From: Nymphaea colorata
Taxonomy: Eukaryota
DNA: 64,000 bases
Assembly: GCF_008831285.2 (NCBI RefSeq)
Contig: NC_045138.2
Location: 8,866,001 to 8,930,000, forward strand
Direction of reading: 5' to 3'
The notes below the pieces were generated by a model, which saw nothing but the letters and a program-made list of their open reading frames with translations, was not told the origin of the DNA and ran no database searches. The position numbers and the translations under genes were made by a program. Positions 13,816 through 26,220 of this stretch are shown piece after piece. Every line of letters begins with the position of its first letter. Within the stretch, counting starts at the first letter, position 1.

Positions 13816-13975
13816 CAGTGGTGGAGCCATATGGTCGCTAGCCAGCCTCACAAACTTTACTTTTTTTTTTTTTTATGTTAATAATTTGGTTGTTTATATG
13901 AATAAGTGCCTCCTAAAACATTAAAGTTACTGAGCAGGTACCCCCCTCCAACCAAAATTTTTGGCTCTGCTAGTG
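13816..13975. mobile_element. hAT-type MITE
   Basis: Imperfect TIRs CAGTGGTGGAGCC / GGCTCTGCTAGTG; 8-bp flanks TCCCATGG and CCCCATGG (7/8). Confidence 0.6.
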
Positions 13976-14057
13976 CCCCATGGTACGTTCTTCTAGCTTT
14001 TTTGCTTCATCAGAATTTCTTTTATTGACTTAGACAATGCTTTAGATGGTACTATTT

Positions 14058-14218
14058 GGGGCTGTTTGGGAACAATAACATTTGTTACCTTCTCATGCAT
14101 CTAACCTAAAATTTGGTTAGATTCATTGGATATTTTAAAATGTGTTTCATGAATCTACCCCATCTTTTGAGGCAATGCATGAAACAGTAATATAGTATCA
14201 CATCTCCCAAACAATCCC
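14058..14218. mobile_element. Tourist/PIF-like MITE
   Basis: Termini GGGGCTGTTTGGGA and TCCCAAACAATCCC; TSD not clear. Confidence 0.5.
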
Positions 14219-15012
14219 TCCATGTCAAAAAAGCTGTGGGTTCAAGTGTTTGTTCTGTAGAAGCTAAATAAATTTCTATGTGCAGGGAATTATCGAAGGA
14301 CTCTGTGCTCTTCCTTCAGATGCCTTTCATCAAGTTGTGGAGCTTGCCCTTCAGCTTGAGATGCTAAAGAAATTTAGTCCTCTGTCCATGATTTTTTTGC
14401 AATTGAATGGTTAGCTAGAAATTTTTAGGATAGGTTCTCCATCATATAGAAAAGAAAGAAGATCAAGAATCTCTAAAACTGTTGACTGCAGGAATTGATA
14501 GATTATTCATGTCAAACTTTTTTTTAATTTAACTACAGAGTATTCCCACAACAAATTTGTGTGAATGCACTTAGTTGTATTATTTGTTGTTCATTTAGTT
14601 CTTTTGTACTCTTTGATCCTTATGTAATTGTAAATGTAATAGGAGTGACACCAATTCAAGCAACCATAGGTTTTAAGAAAAAAAAAGAAAAAGAAATTAG
14701 TAACGCAAATTTTTGTTGCTAATTCTTGTCACTATTTGTAACCCAAAGTTTCGTTACTAAAAGTAGAAACTAGCGTAACCTTAGTTGTAGGTGCAATCAA
14801 ATTAAAACTTTAAATTTTCAATATATATATATATATATATCAAGATTCTGACGGTAGATGAGAGGGAGAGAGATATTTTGGTAGACAGAGAGATTCGAAC
14901 GGTGGATTTAACTTTTACAGGCTCCTATTGTGCACCCAAGAGTATGTTTTTCCATGTAATGCTGAGTTAAACGCTGGTCCATAGTTTTGTTTTCTCAAAA
15001 CAAGTTTATGTA

Positions 15013-15078
<66 letters not shown>

Positions 15079-17776
15079 TCAGACGGTAGATGAGAGGGAG
15101 AGAGATGTTTTGGTAGGCGGAGAGATTCGAACGGTGGATTTCAACTTTTATAGTCTCTTATTGTGTACCCAATAGAACATGTTTTCCCATGTGATGCCAA
15201 GTTAACGCTGGTCCATAGTTTTGTTTTCTCAAAACGGTTCTTTTTTCAAAATCATGAATCACTCAACGGTCAGGTTACATGTCTGATGAGAAAAATAAGA
15301 AAATATTTATTTTGAGGTATAAATGGCGAATGTGAAACTTAATGGTCCATAAAGCCATTTTTTGTGTTAGGCAGCCCAACACTTTTCTTTTGGGGTATTT
15401 ATCTCTTTTTATGAGGGTCATATTTTATATTTCACTCATTTCTCTTTATATGGGGGTGTTCGTCATTTCATCACCGAGCTATTTTTATCATTTTGACAGC
15501 TTAGCCTATGTCACATAGTGGGATGCGGGTGCACATCTCTAAAAGTGCGATGGTGTGGTGAAAGTATTTATTATTATTATTAATTTATTAAGAGTATAAA
15601 TGAATGTTATATATTACATATTTATAAGTTATAATGTATTGCCTACATGAATGATGCATATAAAGTAAACAAAAAACAAAAAACAGGACCGAACATAGAC
15701 CAGTAAAAACTAAAAAAATAAGCATTCAAACTTTCAGCAATACACTGAAATAAAATGGTCGTACTGTCAGTCGCACTCCACTCGTGTTGACTTGTACTGG
15801 ATAAGCCATTCAGGCTGTACCTGTGTTTGCACCTTCACCTGAGCCGTGTTGTGTCGACATAGGTTATGTGTGACTTAGAGTCTAACACTTTGGCTCATAT
15901 TAGGGCCCAAGCTTCCAACAGTTAGACATGAGTTTGGAAGAACACTTACGAATCATGAATTATATATATATATATATATTATATTTTCGATTACATGTTC
16001 ACTATTTTTTGTTGTTTATATAATCCAATTAACAGATCGATACAAATACTGAAAGTATAAAAACAAAAAAATTCATGGCAATTTGGTTCTGAATTAGATT
16101 TTATGAGCTGAGACCTCATTTATCAAAAGTTCAAAAAATTGTAACTTGTAAATCCCATCTGCATGTTTTTCCCTTCCAAGTCCTATAAATTTTTGATATA
16201 TCAATCGCACCGACTTATATTACTTAATGTACAAAAAATAAGAAATTCTCATTTTAAGAATAAAGAGGGATAGAGTTTGCGTCTCAATCCTTGTAACCTT
16301 CCAACTTTTTCTTTCCATTTTTATGTGTTTATGCCTTTAAAGCTATTTTATAGGTGAAGTAATAGCTTGCAAAGGAGTTCAATTTTATTTTACAAGATCT
16401 TTAAGGGTGTTTGGTAGCATGGACATGCCATGAATATCTCCTAAAGATTGAACCGGATTTCAAACATAACCCTTACGTTGACTATTTGAAAATGCCATAG
16501 TGATTGAAAATTTAGTTACGTCAATGAAAGCAGCTATGGCTTTAACAGTAATTATTGGATATTTTTCTCTCATTACAACTTCTATTTGCCATATTATTGT
16601 TGGGGACGGTTTCATCCAAAATATAATTACCTCCTCTAATGATCCAAACGTAATTACTTTTGATTACCAAGTTTCACCGAAAACTTGGGTGAGACATATA
16701 TTTGCTAATTTTATGGAATTTTCAAAATAATAAATCTCATGGATTTCTCAAGCAGGTTATTATTTGAAAAGCCTTTTAAATGGACGGTGCGGTTGTGACT
16801 TGGGTGCAATAAAAACGTTATATAAAAAATAAATATGGATAAAACTTAACTAAAAAAAAGATATGTCGACATATTATTTGGTGGGAGGAGACCTTATAAG
16901 CCTCCGTCGGCCAGGTTAATTTAGTAGTAGTTCACACGACACTTGTAACACCAGTGAAGTCAAAGTCAAATTTGGTGACTCCTCTCAACGACACATATAT
17001 AAATACATTATTAGAAGGTGGTTGGACACCCTTGAAATATCTTTGTGCCAAGCTAATTGACACGTGAACACGCTGACAGCAACCTAGTCACGAGGCTTGA
17101 AGCCCCTTCCCTACCTAATCTTCGTGGCAAATAAATAAACAAATCTGCCTATTTACATATCTTATCATACCACGCATTTAAAATCTCCGAGACCCTTCGT
17201 CAGATATTCTTTACTAATTTGGTGTTTCTCTTTGAATCTGATATCCAACAGAAGCGTTTAAAAATGTTGAATATGAAAAAGTTGAATGACTAATTAAGAA
17301 ATCGGTCATAACTCAAATTTAAGAAATGACATTCAATTGAACTGATCGCATTCGAATTGAGATGAGATTTATTTTTAAAGTGACATGCTATATATTTTTT
17401 AAAGTGACATGCTATATATATTCTGAAAGTTGGCCTGTCGCCAAACTCAAATCCAAAACTTTTTTGAGCCGATCAATTCAGAAAATAATTACAACAATCT
17501 TGCTGAAAAGGCACCATTTAAAGATAAGGGAATGACAAAGAGCTTTGGCTTCTCATTAAAGAATAGAGTAGGATTGAAAAGTCACCGATTGCAGCGTCCA
17601 AATTTGTTGGAAATTGAAGTTGTGATACATTGATATTCTCAGGCAAAAATCGGTAATTAAAAGAAAAGGCGTGAGAGGAAATATAAGATATTTTTATGAC
17701 AAATTATCTCTTTCTCTCCCTCGTCCTTCATTTATTTAGGCAATTGCTGGCCACTTGTTAACCTACACATCACGCC

Positions 17777-19402
17777 ATGACGGCCGATGAAGGCGAGATT
17801 GGAGGCCTCAAGCCAGGCAAGGCCGTGGTGAAGGGCTCAGCCATGGGCGCTTCTCCGTCCACGGCTTGCCAGCAGCGGCCGGGCCACCAACCGCACCAGC
17901 AGATACTGCTGCCGGGAGATGGCGCTGACGCCGACGCGGGCCTCGGCATCGAAGCCGGCGCCGACGCTCTCCCTCCTGCATCAGGCAAGAGAAAGAGCAA
18001 GAAGCTCACCCTTATCCCGTTGGCCTTCCTAATATACTTCGAGGTATCGGGCGGTCCCTTCGGCGAGGAGCCCGCCGTTCAAGCGGCCGGACCCCTCTTG
18101 GCCATTCTGGGCTTCATCATCTTTCCCGTGATATGGAGCATTCCCGAGGCGCTCATCACGGCGGAGCTCTCCACCGCCTACCCCGGCAACGGCGGCTACG
18201 TGATCTGGGCCACGGAGGCGTTCGGCCCCTTCTGGGGCTTCCTCATGGGCTGGTGGAAATGGCTGAGCGGCGCCATCAACAACGCCGCCTACCCCGTTCT
18301 ATGCGTCGACTACCTTAAGCTCGTCTTCCCGACCTTCTCCTCCGGCCTCTCTCGCTACCTCGCCATCTCCCTCTTCAACGTCTGTTTCGCCTTCCTCAAC
18401 TACACCGGCCTCACCATCGTCGGCTGGACTGCCGTGATCCTTGCCGCCCTCTCCCTTGCCCCCTTTATCCTCTTGCTCTTCTTCGCCATCCCCAAGATCA
18501 GGCCTTCCCGGTGGCTGAGCAACGGGCAGAGCAAGAGCAGAGACTGGAGCCTCTACCTCAACACCATCTTCTGGAACCTCAATTACTGGGACAACGCCAG
18601 CACCGTCGCCGGCGAGGTCGAACATCCACAGAAGACGTACCCGAAGGCCCTGCTCCTCGCGGGGCTCCTGACGTGCTCCAGCTACCTGATACCCCTCCTC
18701 GCTGGCATCGGCGCTCTGGAGCTCGAACAGGACAAGTGGTCGGACGGCTACCTGGCGGACGTGGCCGGCATGATCGCCGGTAAGTGGCTTAAGTTCTGGG
18801 TGGAGGCTGGGGCGGTGATGTCAGCGGTGGGGCTCTTCGAGGCCCAATTGAGCAGCTGCAGCTTCCAACTTCTGGGCATGGCGGAGCTTGGCCACCTTCC
18901 CGCCTTCCTGGCCAAGAGATCGGAGTGGTTCGACACGCCGTCGTGGGGAGTCCTCATCTCCACGATCGTCACCATCGCCCTTTCTTACACCAACTTCACC
19001 AACATCGTCTCCTCTGCCAACTTCCTCTACAGCTGCGGGATGCTGCTAGAGTTCTCCACGTTCGTGTGGCTGAGGAGGAAGTACCCGCGCCTCCGGCGCC
19101 CCTTCAAGGTGCCGCTGGGAATCCCCGGCTTGGTGTGCATGTGCATTATCCCCTCGGCCTTCGTCGTCGCCGTCATGGTATTGGCCGGAAAAATCGTGTT
19201 CATCATCAGCGGCGGTTTCTCCCTCTTGGGGATCGCCGGTTACTTCGCCATCAAGCTCTGCAAGGCCAAGAAGTGGGTCTCCTTCATTAAGGTCCCGGAA
19301 GAGTGTGAGGACGACGGAACAGCGACACTGGAAGGAAGAGAAGAAGAAGAAGAAAAGAACACCTATTACAGAGATGCGCCAAATCGCCAGTTTTTGTCTT
19401 AA
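17777..19402 (+). CDS. PUT4: Polyamine uptake transporter, PUT/LAT family (APC superfamily), At3g13620-like; single coding exon
   Basis: 541-aa uninterrupted hydrophobic ORF with high GC3; family motifs [64 protein letters not shown]. Subfamily is assigned from memory. Confidence 0.93.
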   Translation: MTADEGEIGGLKPGKAVVKGSAMGASPSTACQQRPGHQPHQQILLPGDGADADAGLGIEAGADALPPASGKRKSKKLTLIPLAFLIYFEVSGGPFGEEPAVQAAGPLLAILGFIIFPVIWSIPEALITAELSTAYPGNGGYVIWATEAFGPFWGFLMGWWKWLSGAINNAAYPVLCVDYLKLVFPTFSSGLSRYLAISLFNVCFAFLNYTGLTIVGWTAVILAALSLAPFILLLFFAIPKIRPSRWLSNGQSKSRDWSLYLNTIFWNLNYWDNASTVAGEVEHPQKTYPKALLLAGLLTCSSYLIPLLAGIGALELEQDKWSDGYLADVAGMIAGKWLKFWVEAGAVMSAVGLFEAQLSSCSFQLLGMAELGHLPAFLAKRSEWFDTPSWGVLISTIVTIALSYTNFTNIVSSANFLYSCGMLLEFSTFVWLRRKYPRLRRPFKVPLGIPGLVCMCIIPSAFVVAVMVLAGKIVFIISGGFSLLGIAGYFAIKLCKAKKWVSFIKVPEECEDDGTATLEGREEEEEKNTYYRDAPNRQFLS

Positions 19403-22400
19403 TTTGTCAGTGTCCATCGTTTTTCTCTGCCTCTGTCCTTTACCCTATTTGGGTGTGTCTCTGATTCTATTCATGGTGAGACATCAGCAGCCGATCTCCC
19501 AGCTGCGCCCGTGAGGCTTTCCGTCAAGGATGTGCATCTTTTCATGGTCGCACCAATAAACTTGGTTGACCGAGGTGTTAAGTTTGGATTTCAAAAGCTT
19601 GGCAGTAGAGTTAGGAAAAAGGGAAGAGCTGCTTCCAACTCAGTCTAGTGTTCCGTCTGTAAAAACCTCATTTGGTTTCAGGAAAGTGTAGGCTCAGCAG
19701 CTGTGGTAGAGAGCCAGCAATAATTGGGCGGCGTTCAGCTCCTACATAAGTATATTTTACACGTCTTTTTAATACCACGTAGAAGTGTACATTTGAAGCA
19801 CGATTGGCTAGTGACTAATAAACCTGAAGTTCTAAATTCACAAGCAGATTTACCTCCAAAACATAACATCTTTGTTGTAAGTGATCGATATTTACTCTGT
19901 TTCTGTAGCTTGGTTGAAGAGGTTGAATATCAGGCGCATATATTGACGTAGAACCAAGCTCTTGAACACCCTCTGTTTGTTTCTGACTCCTTCGCTAATT
20001 ACCCTTGTTTGGTAGTCTTTGCCTTCAGATGGGGAATTTCAATTTCTTGGAGCTACAAATCCCAGCAGGTACTTGGGAGCCGTCATCACTATTCTCATTA
20101 TCTTCCTGGATGGCTGTCAATTCCATCTCTGTTTGTAATGTCTCGTGCTGCCAAACATCATGGAAAGGCAGTGCCACGCCGAGGAAACTTGACCATCCCT
20201 CCCTTTACTGTGGAGGGACGAGCTGCCAGTGTTTGGCAGGTGCTCATCTGTTTGGACTAATTGTTTGAATTGGAAGCACTGCAGAAGGATGCAGAATGGA
20301 AAGCCCTCCGTGGCTGAAGCAGCTATGAATCAATAGAAGAGTTGTTCTTTTCTACTGCCTAGCTGTTTGATATTTTCCTTTTCCTCTTGAAAGTGAACAT
20401 ACTCAACATGTTCCCAGATGAAGGGACAATAGGCAAATGCTACAATTTTTCACGTGGCAGATGAGATACTCTAACCTGCAGATCTTATTTGATAGTGTCG
20501 GTGGAAGTTAGGCTCGTCTTAGAACGATTCATTAAGTTCATTTTTGAAATTGTCGATCAAAAGGCCTGAACGGAAATTTAGCTTTGTTTAAGTCAAGGAA
20601 AACATCCACCATGACCGGTGATGCATTGGCTGGCTTCAAGTAGGTAGCTACTTGGGAGCTTTAGGCATGAAAAACACACGAGTGCGGTCAGAATTTCGGA
20701 TTCCTTTAATCTTGACCACATTGACAAGATGCCTTCAGTTTGTTTTTAGCTTTCAGTTTAATTTTCTCTACGCAAGTTAAGTCAAGGATAATCTGTTACT
20801 GTGAGCCTGAATTGCTTTGAAATGAGTAAATTCTACAAGATTTTAGGGATACTTTCCTCTTCTGCTTCCCATCTTCAATTTCTCTCTCTCTCTCTCTCTC
20901 TCACGCGTGATCATGCTGAATTCTCATTGTCGTTCCTTTTACTTGTTCAGCTAATCTCGATAACATGAGAGCTCTGACACGTTTCATTTCCTTTTCTAAA
21001 GTTCAACTGTGGATGAAAATGAGCACGATAAAAGATCGTTTGATTTCCTCCCTTACGGTAGTAAAAGCATTTGCTGGATCAGCTTTAGGATCTAGATACT
21101 GATTTATTTTGCCATTAATATTGTTTTGGAGTCTCCAGTTCAAAACTTTCATCACTGAAATGGCATAAATTTTCTGCATAGCGTCAAACAATTTTGTCAT
21201 GATTTGCTGGATTTATGATCATCAAAAAAGAAATGATTTCTGAGCTTTACTATTTTTATAGCTGATTAACCATGATTACCATGGAAAGACAGTAACTGGA
21301 CACATCATGAGGTAACGTTTACATACATGGTATTAAATCCCTGGGCATCAGAATGTAAGTTCCACCTTCCATATACCACACATTGTTTAACCTGGAACTT
21401 TTGTTGCAAGTTTTTAGTTTCATATTTGTCTGGGGCATGAAACTACAGTTATTCCTATTTATAACAACTTCTAAGACTGTATGTGAGTGCTCTAACGGGT
21501 GAAATGCAACAGGCAAAAAATTTCTAAAGCTCCAGAACCGCTCAAAAGCTGCTGGCACAATTGTTTCCCGTTTGTTTGTTAGAACTTTTCATCACGTATC
21601 AATTAAAGTTCCACCTCTATAGAGGTATACCACGTCTTTAAACGTGGCCTGGAGAAAGAACTTTGAAGAAGGTGGAAAGAAAGATTAAAGCAATTGAACC
21701 AAACTTAGGATTATTCTTGCTGGGTTTACGTTGAATATTTTAATGTTTAATTTTATGAAACAATGACGTATGGCCTTCTTTCTTTCTCAGATTGTGGATA
21801 CTAAATCTATAAAGCAAAAAAGCAAGTTGTGACCAGAACGACCTGATTCTGATTTAACGGTCCATCAGGCGGAGACAAGCTCAGCAAGTTTTATTTGTGT
21901 CTCAGCCCCTGAGCAAAGTGATGCAGGAACAGAAGCTACGCCAGAAATATCAGCGGATGGAAAGTGGCAGGAAATTGACAACTTCATTCTGTAAAATCAG
22001 TTTTTTAATAAAATAATAACAACTTACTCTTGGACTTAAAGTTTGTTTTAGAAATGGCGATCTGTCTGGCTGATTCAGAAAAAATCTCTATACTTCTTGT
22101 AAAACTGTACAGCTTAAATGCTGACAATAACATTGTGCCAATGAGCTTAACCACACTCCAATTTCCATTTCCATTGTTTCAAGAAGCACAAAAAAATTTA
22201 ATTTTTAATGCTTACTTTTAGTTACTCAAATTTAATGTCTTCTTGTGGAATTAGAACAACTGACGATTCTCCATTTACTCAATGTAGGCAGAGGCAAGAT
22301 CCATCAAAATATAAACACTTTTTTTTGCAGGTCCTAAGTTGTTCTCATATTTCATCATTATCGATGCCTAACTACGTAAATTTTTGGCAGAACGAGACGC

Positions 22401-24714
22401 AAGAAAGAACACATCGCAATGATGTAAGAAAGCGAACAACATTGGCAGGCTGGTTGATCGACTCGTTATGATAATGTCTTACAACTAGTAGGGTACAGTA
22501 ATGCCCATATTCCTTATAATGAATTATTAATAAAAACAATAACACAAATTTGACCTCCTATCTTGTATTTTATCCAACTCGCGGATAAGTAATATTTTTT
22601 CATCAGCACTTAAGTTGTATAGAGTTTTGTACATGGACAACTTGCCTTTTGCATCCAACCCGTGGCACTCTTTTTGTGAACAAATACACAACTACCGCAC
22701 CAACCCTGCTGGAAGCAAGCCTCCAAGAACTTTATTGAACAGAAATATATACAAAAACAAAATCGGCCCAAAACCAGCCAGACAAAGGCACCAAAAAATG
22801 ACCAAACGGAACAAATTTGGGAACCAAAAATAAAACAGAAAACCAAAAACAAGGACAGAAATTATAGATTCTGATAGCCTCAAAACCATCTCCTTCGCCG
22901 GACTTGCCTTGGATATTTTCATCCTGCAAATAAACTCCCTAAGGCTGTTCACTGCCACTGACACTAGAGCCATGCCTTCACTTCGACCTTTAAGCCACCC
23001 TAAACATTCCCTCTCATTGGAAATGAGAAGGATGAAGAAGCCATGTCGTTGTGGCTTAAGCATCTCCAACGGCGATAAAGACCAACATTCTCAGGAAAAA
23101 GCCACTCAGTGGTGCTGATATGAGTGCTTGAGAAATTCACCTTTTCACTCTTGTCCCTGCAGCAATATGCCACAACTGATTTGTTGTTGTCTGAAATAGT
23201 GGCAGGTTGAATACAAAAAGCATGTTTTACTCCTATCTCCGGCCACTAGTCGTGAACAATACCCGTGGCCAGCCACAACCAAATCGACTCGAGCTGCTCA
23301 TGGTTAGCCCCATGGCAAGAATCTTCACAAATTTTCCATGTACCTCAGGCAGCAATTTCCGCTGAAATAGGCACTTCACCACAAATTTTGCTGCTTCTCA
23401 AAACCCATGTGTGCCAAATGACCACATGGGACATAAATATGCCGGTATTTGCTAACCCAACCCCTTTTGAAACTACAGTTGAACCACCATTTCAGCTACT
23501 GCACAAAGCTAGTGTGAGAAATCTGCATCTGGTTGAATTGACTAGCAATAAAGCCCCAAATCATGTTCACAACATTACACCAAAAGAATAAGTGATCCAC
23601 AGTGCTTCCTTCAAGCACAACAAGGAACCATTGGCCATTGGCACCCTTCTCCTTTGGACCCAGTCCAAGGTGGGCAATCTGTACGAGGCAACCACGTAGA
23701 GAAACCAGATGGCATCCTTATTGTAGATCAAATTTCACTACTTCTCCTTTGGGTGAGTAGAGCTGATAAGCTGCCAGACAACTTGCGTTCTCGCATTATC
23801 CACCCTCTTTGCCATGCAGACTAGACGGTTCCGAGTTCCGACTAGAGCCCAACAAAAGCCTCGTGACTAGGGCTGCACAGAGCCGAGTCAAGCTCGAGCT
23901 TGCCCAGCTCGAGCTCCGAGTTCCGACCTCTTTGCCATGCAGACTAGACGGTTCCGACTAGAGCCCAACAAAAGTCTCGTGACTAGGGCTGCACAGAGCC
24001 GAGTCGAGCTCGAGCTGGGCAGCTCGACTCGAACTAGCTGCCTAACACAAGCTCGAGCTCGACTCAATTAACAAAGTCGAGCTCGACTCTGTTAACTCGG
24101 GTACACAAAAGTTCTTGCTCGATTAAGATTGATTAAGTGGTTCTTTAAATAATTGTAAAGTTGGGTAGTTTTCCGTTAATTAGTTTCCATTGAAATTGCA
24201 CAGATATTTTTAATTAGTTTCCATTGAAATTGCACAGAAACTTTATCTATTGGTTCAAATGTTGTGTGTGCCTGTTTTAGCCCTTTTGTATGTTTCTTTC
24301 ATGGCTAAGAATACACAAGAAATTAAGTTTTAAAGAATCCTCACGAAAGTAACTTATCAAATTTTACAATATTTTAAGTTTTTAACACAATATTATCAAA
24401 ATCTTGAAAAGCATCATACCATGATTCCTGCAATAACAAAAGCAATCCAATCTAGTATTTTTCATGCCTGCAACTTTCTCATTTTCTGAATAGTTCCTCC
24501 AGCCCTTATAAATACAAATCTAAGTCCTGAAAAATACTATGTAGCTGCCATCCTTTTCAGAAAAGGAACCATATAATAACGAGCTGCCACTGTCAAACGT
24601 GAAGGTTGTTGTTTGTTGTCTAGTACAACTAAATTGCAAATCCCAAAGGTTTCTTATAACATCCAAATAATCCAGGCTTGCTCAACCTATTGCTGTTAAA
24701 ATCTGCAACTCAAG

Positions 24715-24759
24715 TGCAACACGGAAAGTATCCAGAACCTCTCTGACATCAGCAGAAAC
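24715..24759 (-). pseudogene. Captured exon fragment of bacterial-type PEP carboxylase (PPC4-like)
   Basis: After acceptor TATTTTCAG, reads VSADVREVLDTFRVA, matching the DVKEVLDTFRVAAELG motif of plant bacterial-type PEPC. Only 15 codons. Confidence 0.7.
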
Positions 24760-25672
24760 CTGAAAATACATTTTAAACACAACAGGAGCACTGTTAAAGA
24801 CCACACTTAGAGAACTATATTCTAAATGAAGCCAAAATAGCTAGAAGTGTTAGAAGCAACAGCTCCCAGAGAACTGCATATCAAAAGAATATCACCTCGA
24901 TGCTTGTGGGGACATAGTTCTCCTTGTCAATAGTAATAACTGCATATAGGGAACTAAATAGCATGAATTGTTATTTATGCCCCAAAAAACCAAAAAATCT
25001 GCTAAGGATCACCGTGGAACAAAACGTTAAGCGGGATAGGCTGATAGCTTATTCAAAAAAGCCAGTTTCATCACAAAACAAACGTCAGCAAAACTGTATG
25101 TTCCCATAATAAGATCATAAGTAATCATCGGCTAGCATAAATAGCATGTTCAAATAGAATCAATCCCAATTCTCAGAACAAAAATTTGTTCCCCAATTTC
25201 ATTTAGAATTGACCTCATTACAGACAATCATGCAAACAGAAACAACTCGTTCAATTGACAAATAACTGTTGCCAAACAGAAGCACTGGACCTTCATGAGG
25301 CATCAATTTCCTGTTAACCACATAGCTATATATCAAACAAACGACGTTGTTTGAACCTACAAAATCTTTAGAAAGTAAACTCCAAGGAATACTCGATTGA
25401 ATGGCACCAAATATTCACAACTATAAATACACAACTACACAAAGAAAGAACCAAAAAAACCAAGAAAAGTCGAGTACCATCTAAATGTTGAAATTAATTA
25501 GAAAAATGACAAAATCAACGTGAAAAATACAGTTAAATATAGGGAAGATAAACGAAAGCACAAATAACCACAGTTAGAAGCAACAACATCAGCTCAAACA
25601 AACTATAAGCCCCACAATTGCGATTGACTCATATTAAAATGACAAAATCTAACAAGGAGAAAATGGACAGAC

Positions 25673-25822
25673 CTTGAGGCTCTCGACGACGCCAGGAACG
25701 ACCTCGTGCTCGAGCCCTAAATACTCTCCCTCAGTATTCTCCCTGATGACGACGACGCCAGGAACGACCTCGTGCTGGAGCCCTAAATACTCCTTCCTCA
25801 GCTGCACGTTCAACGAACATAC
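25673..25822 (-). pseudogene. Captured, rearranged exon fragment of NAD-dependent isocitrate dehydrogenase regulatory subunit (IDH1/2-like)
   Basis: SLNVQLRKE and [27 protein letters not shown], followed by donor AAG|GTCTGT at 25672. Confidence 0.9.
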
Positions 25823-26220
25823 GAGGGTTTCATTTGGGGAAAAAAAATTGATACGATATAGAGAACAAAAGGGCAAAGAGGTACTCACTGGCCCACTGCA
25901 ACGAGAGACGAAGAGAGCTGCCGATGTTTTACCAGGGTCACCAGCGAGAACAACGCTTTGGCTTGTCTCTGCAGCGCTGTTTGCTGATTAAATCGAATGG
26001 CTGCTCCTTCCTCAGCTGCACGTTCAACGAACATACGAGGGTTTCATTTGGGGAAAAAAATTTTGATACGATATAGAGAACAAAAGGGCAAAGAGGTACT
26101 CACTGGCCCACTGCAATGAGAGACGAAGAGAGCTGCCGATGTTTTACCAGGGTCACCAGCGAGAACAACGCTTCGGCTTGTCTCTGCAGCACTGTTTGCT
26201 GATTAAATCGAATGGCTGCT
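25790..26220. repeat. Tandem duplication, ~214-bp unit x2
   Basis: CTCCTTCCTCAGCTGCACG...AATCGAATGGCTGCT starting at 25790 and 26004, nearly identical. Confidence 0.95.

Larger units (their letters stand above)
12792..14793. mobile_element. Possible degenerate non-autonomous CACTA element
   Basis: CACTACAAGAAA at 12792; TTAGTAACG/GTTACTAA subterminal-type motifs at ~14697-14760 and an imperfect end TTGTAGGTG. No matching TSD. Confidence 0.3.
11740..15260. repeat. Three copies of a ~200-bp repeat, each next to an (AT)n tract (~11740-11950, ~14820-15005, ~15015-15260)
   Basis: Shared core ACGGTGGATTT...TG(C/T)ACCCAA...AACGCT in all three; the last two are in tandem, separated by (AT)n(AG)n. 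Confidence 0.75.

Noticed and set aside
17770..19417. ORFs overlapping or antisense to the PUT gene
   Set aside because: Shadow frames caused by high GC3.
19420..22470. Scattered splice-like signals and short ORFs downstream of PUT
   Set aside because: No recognisable protein and no consistent exon chain; may be UTR or intergenic.
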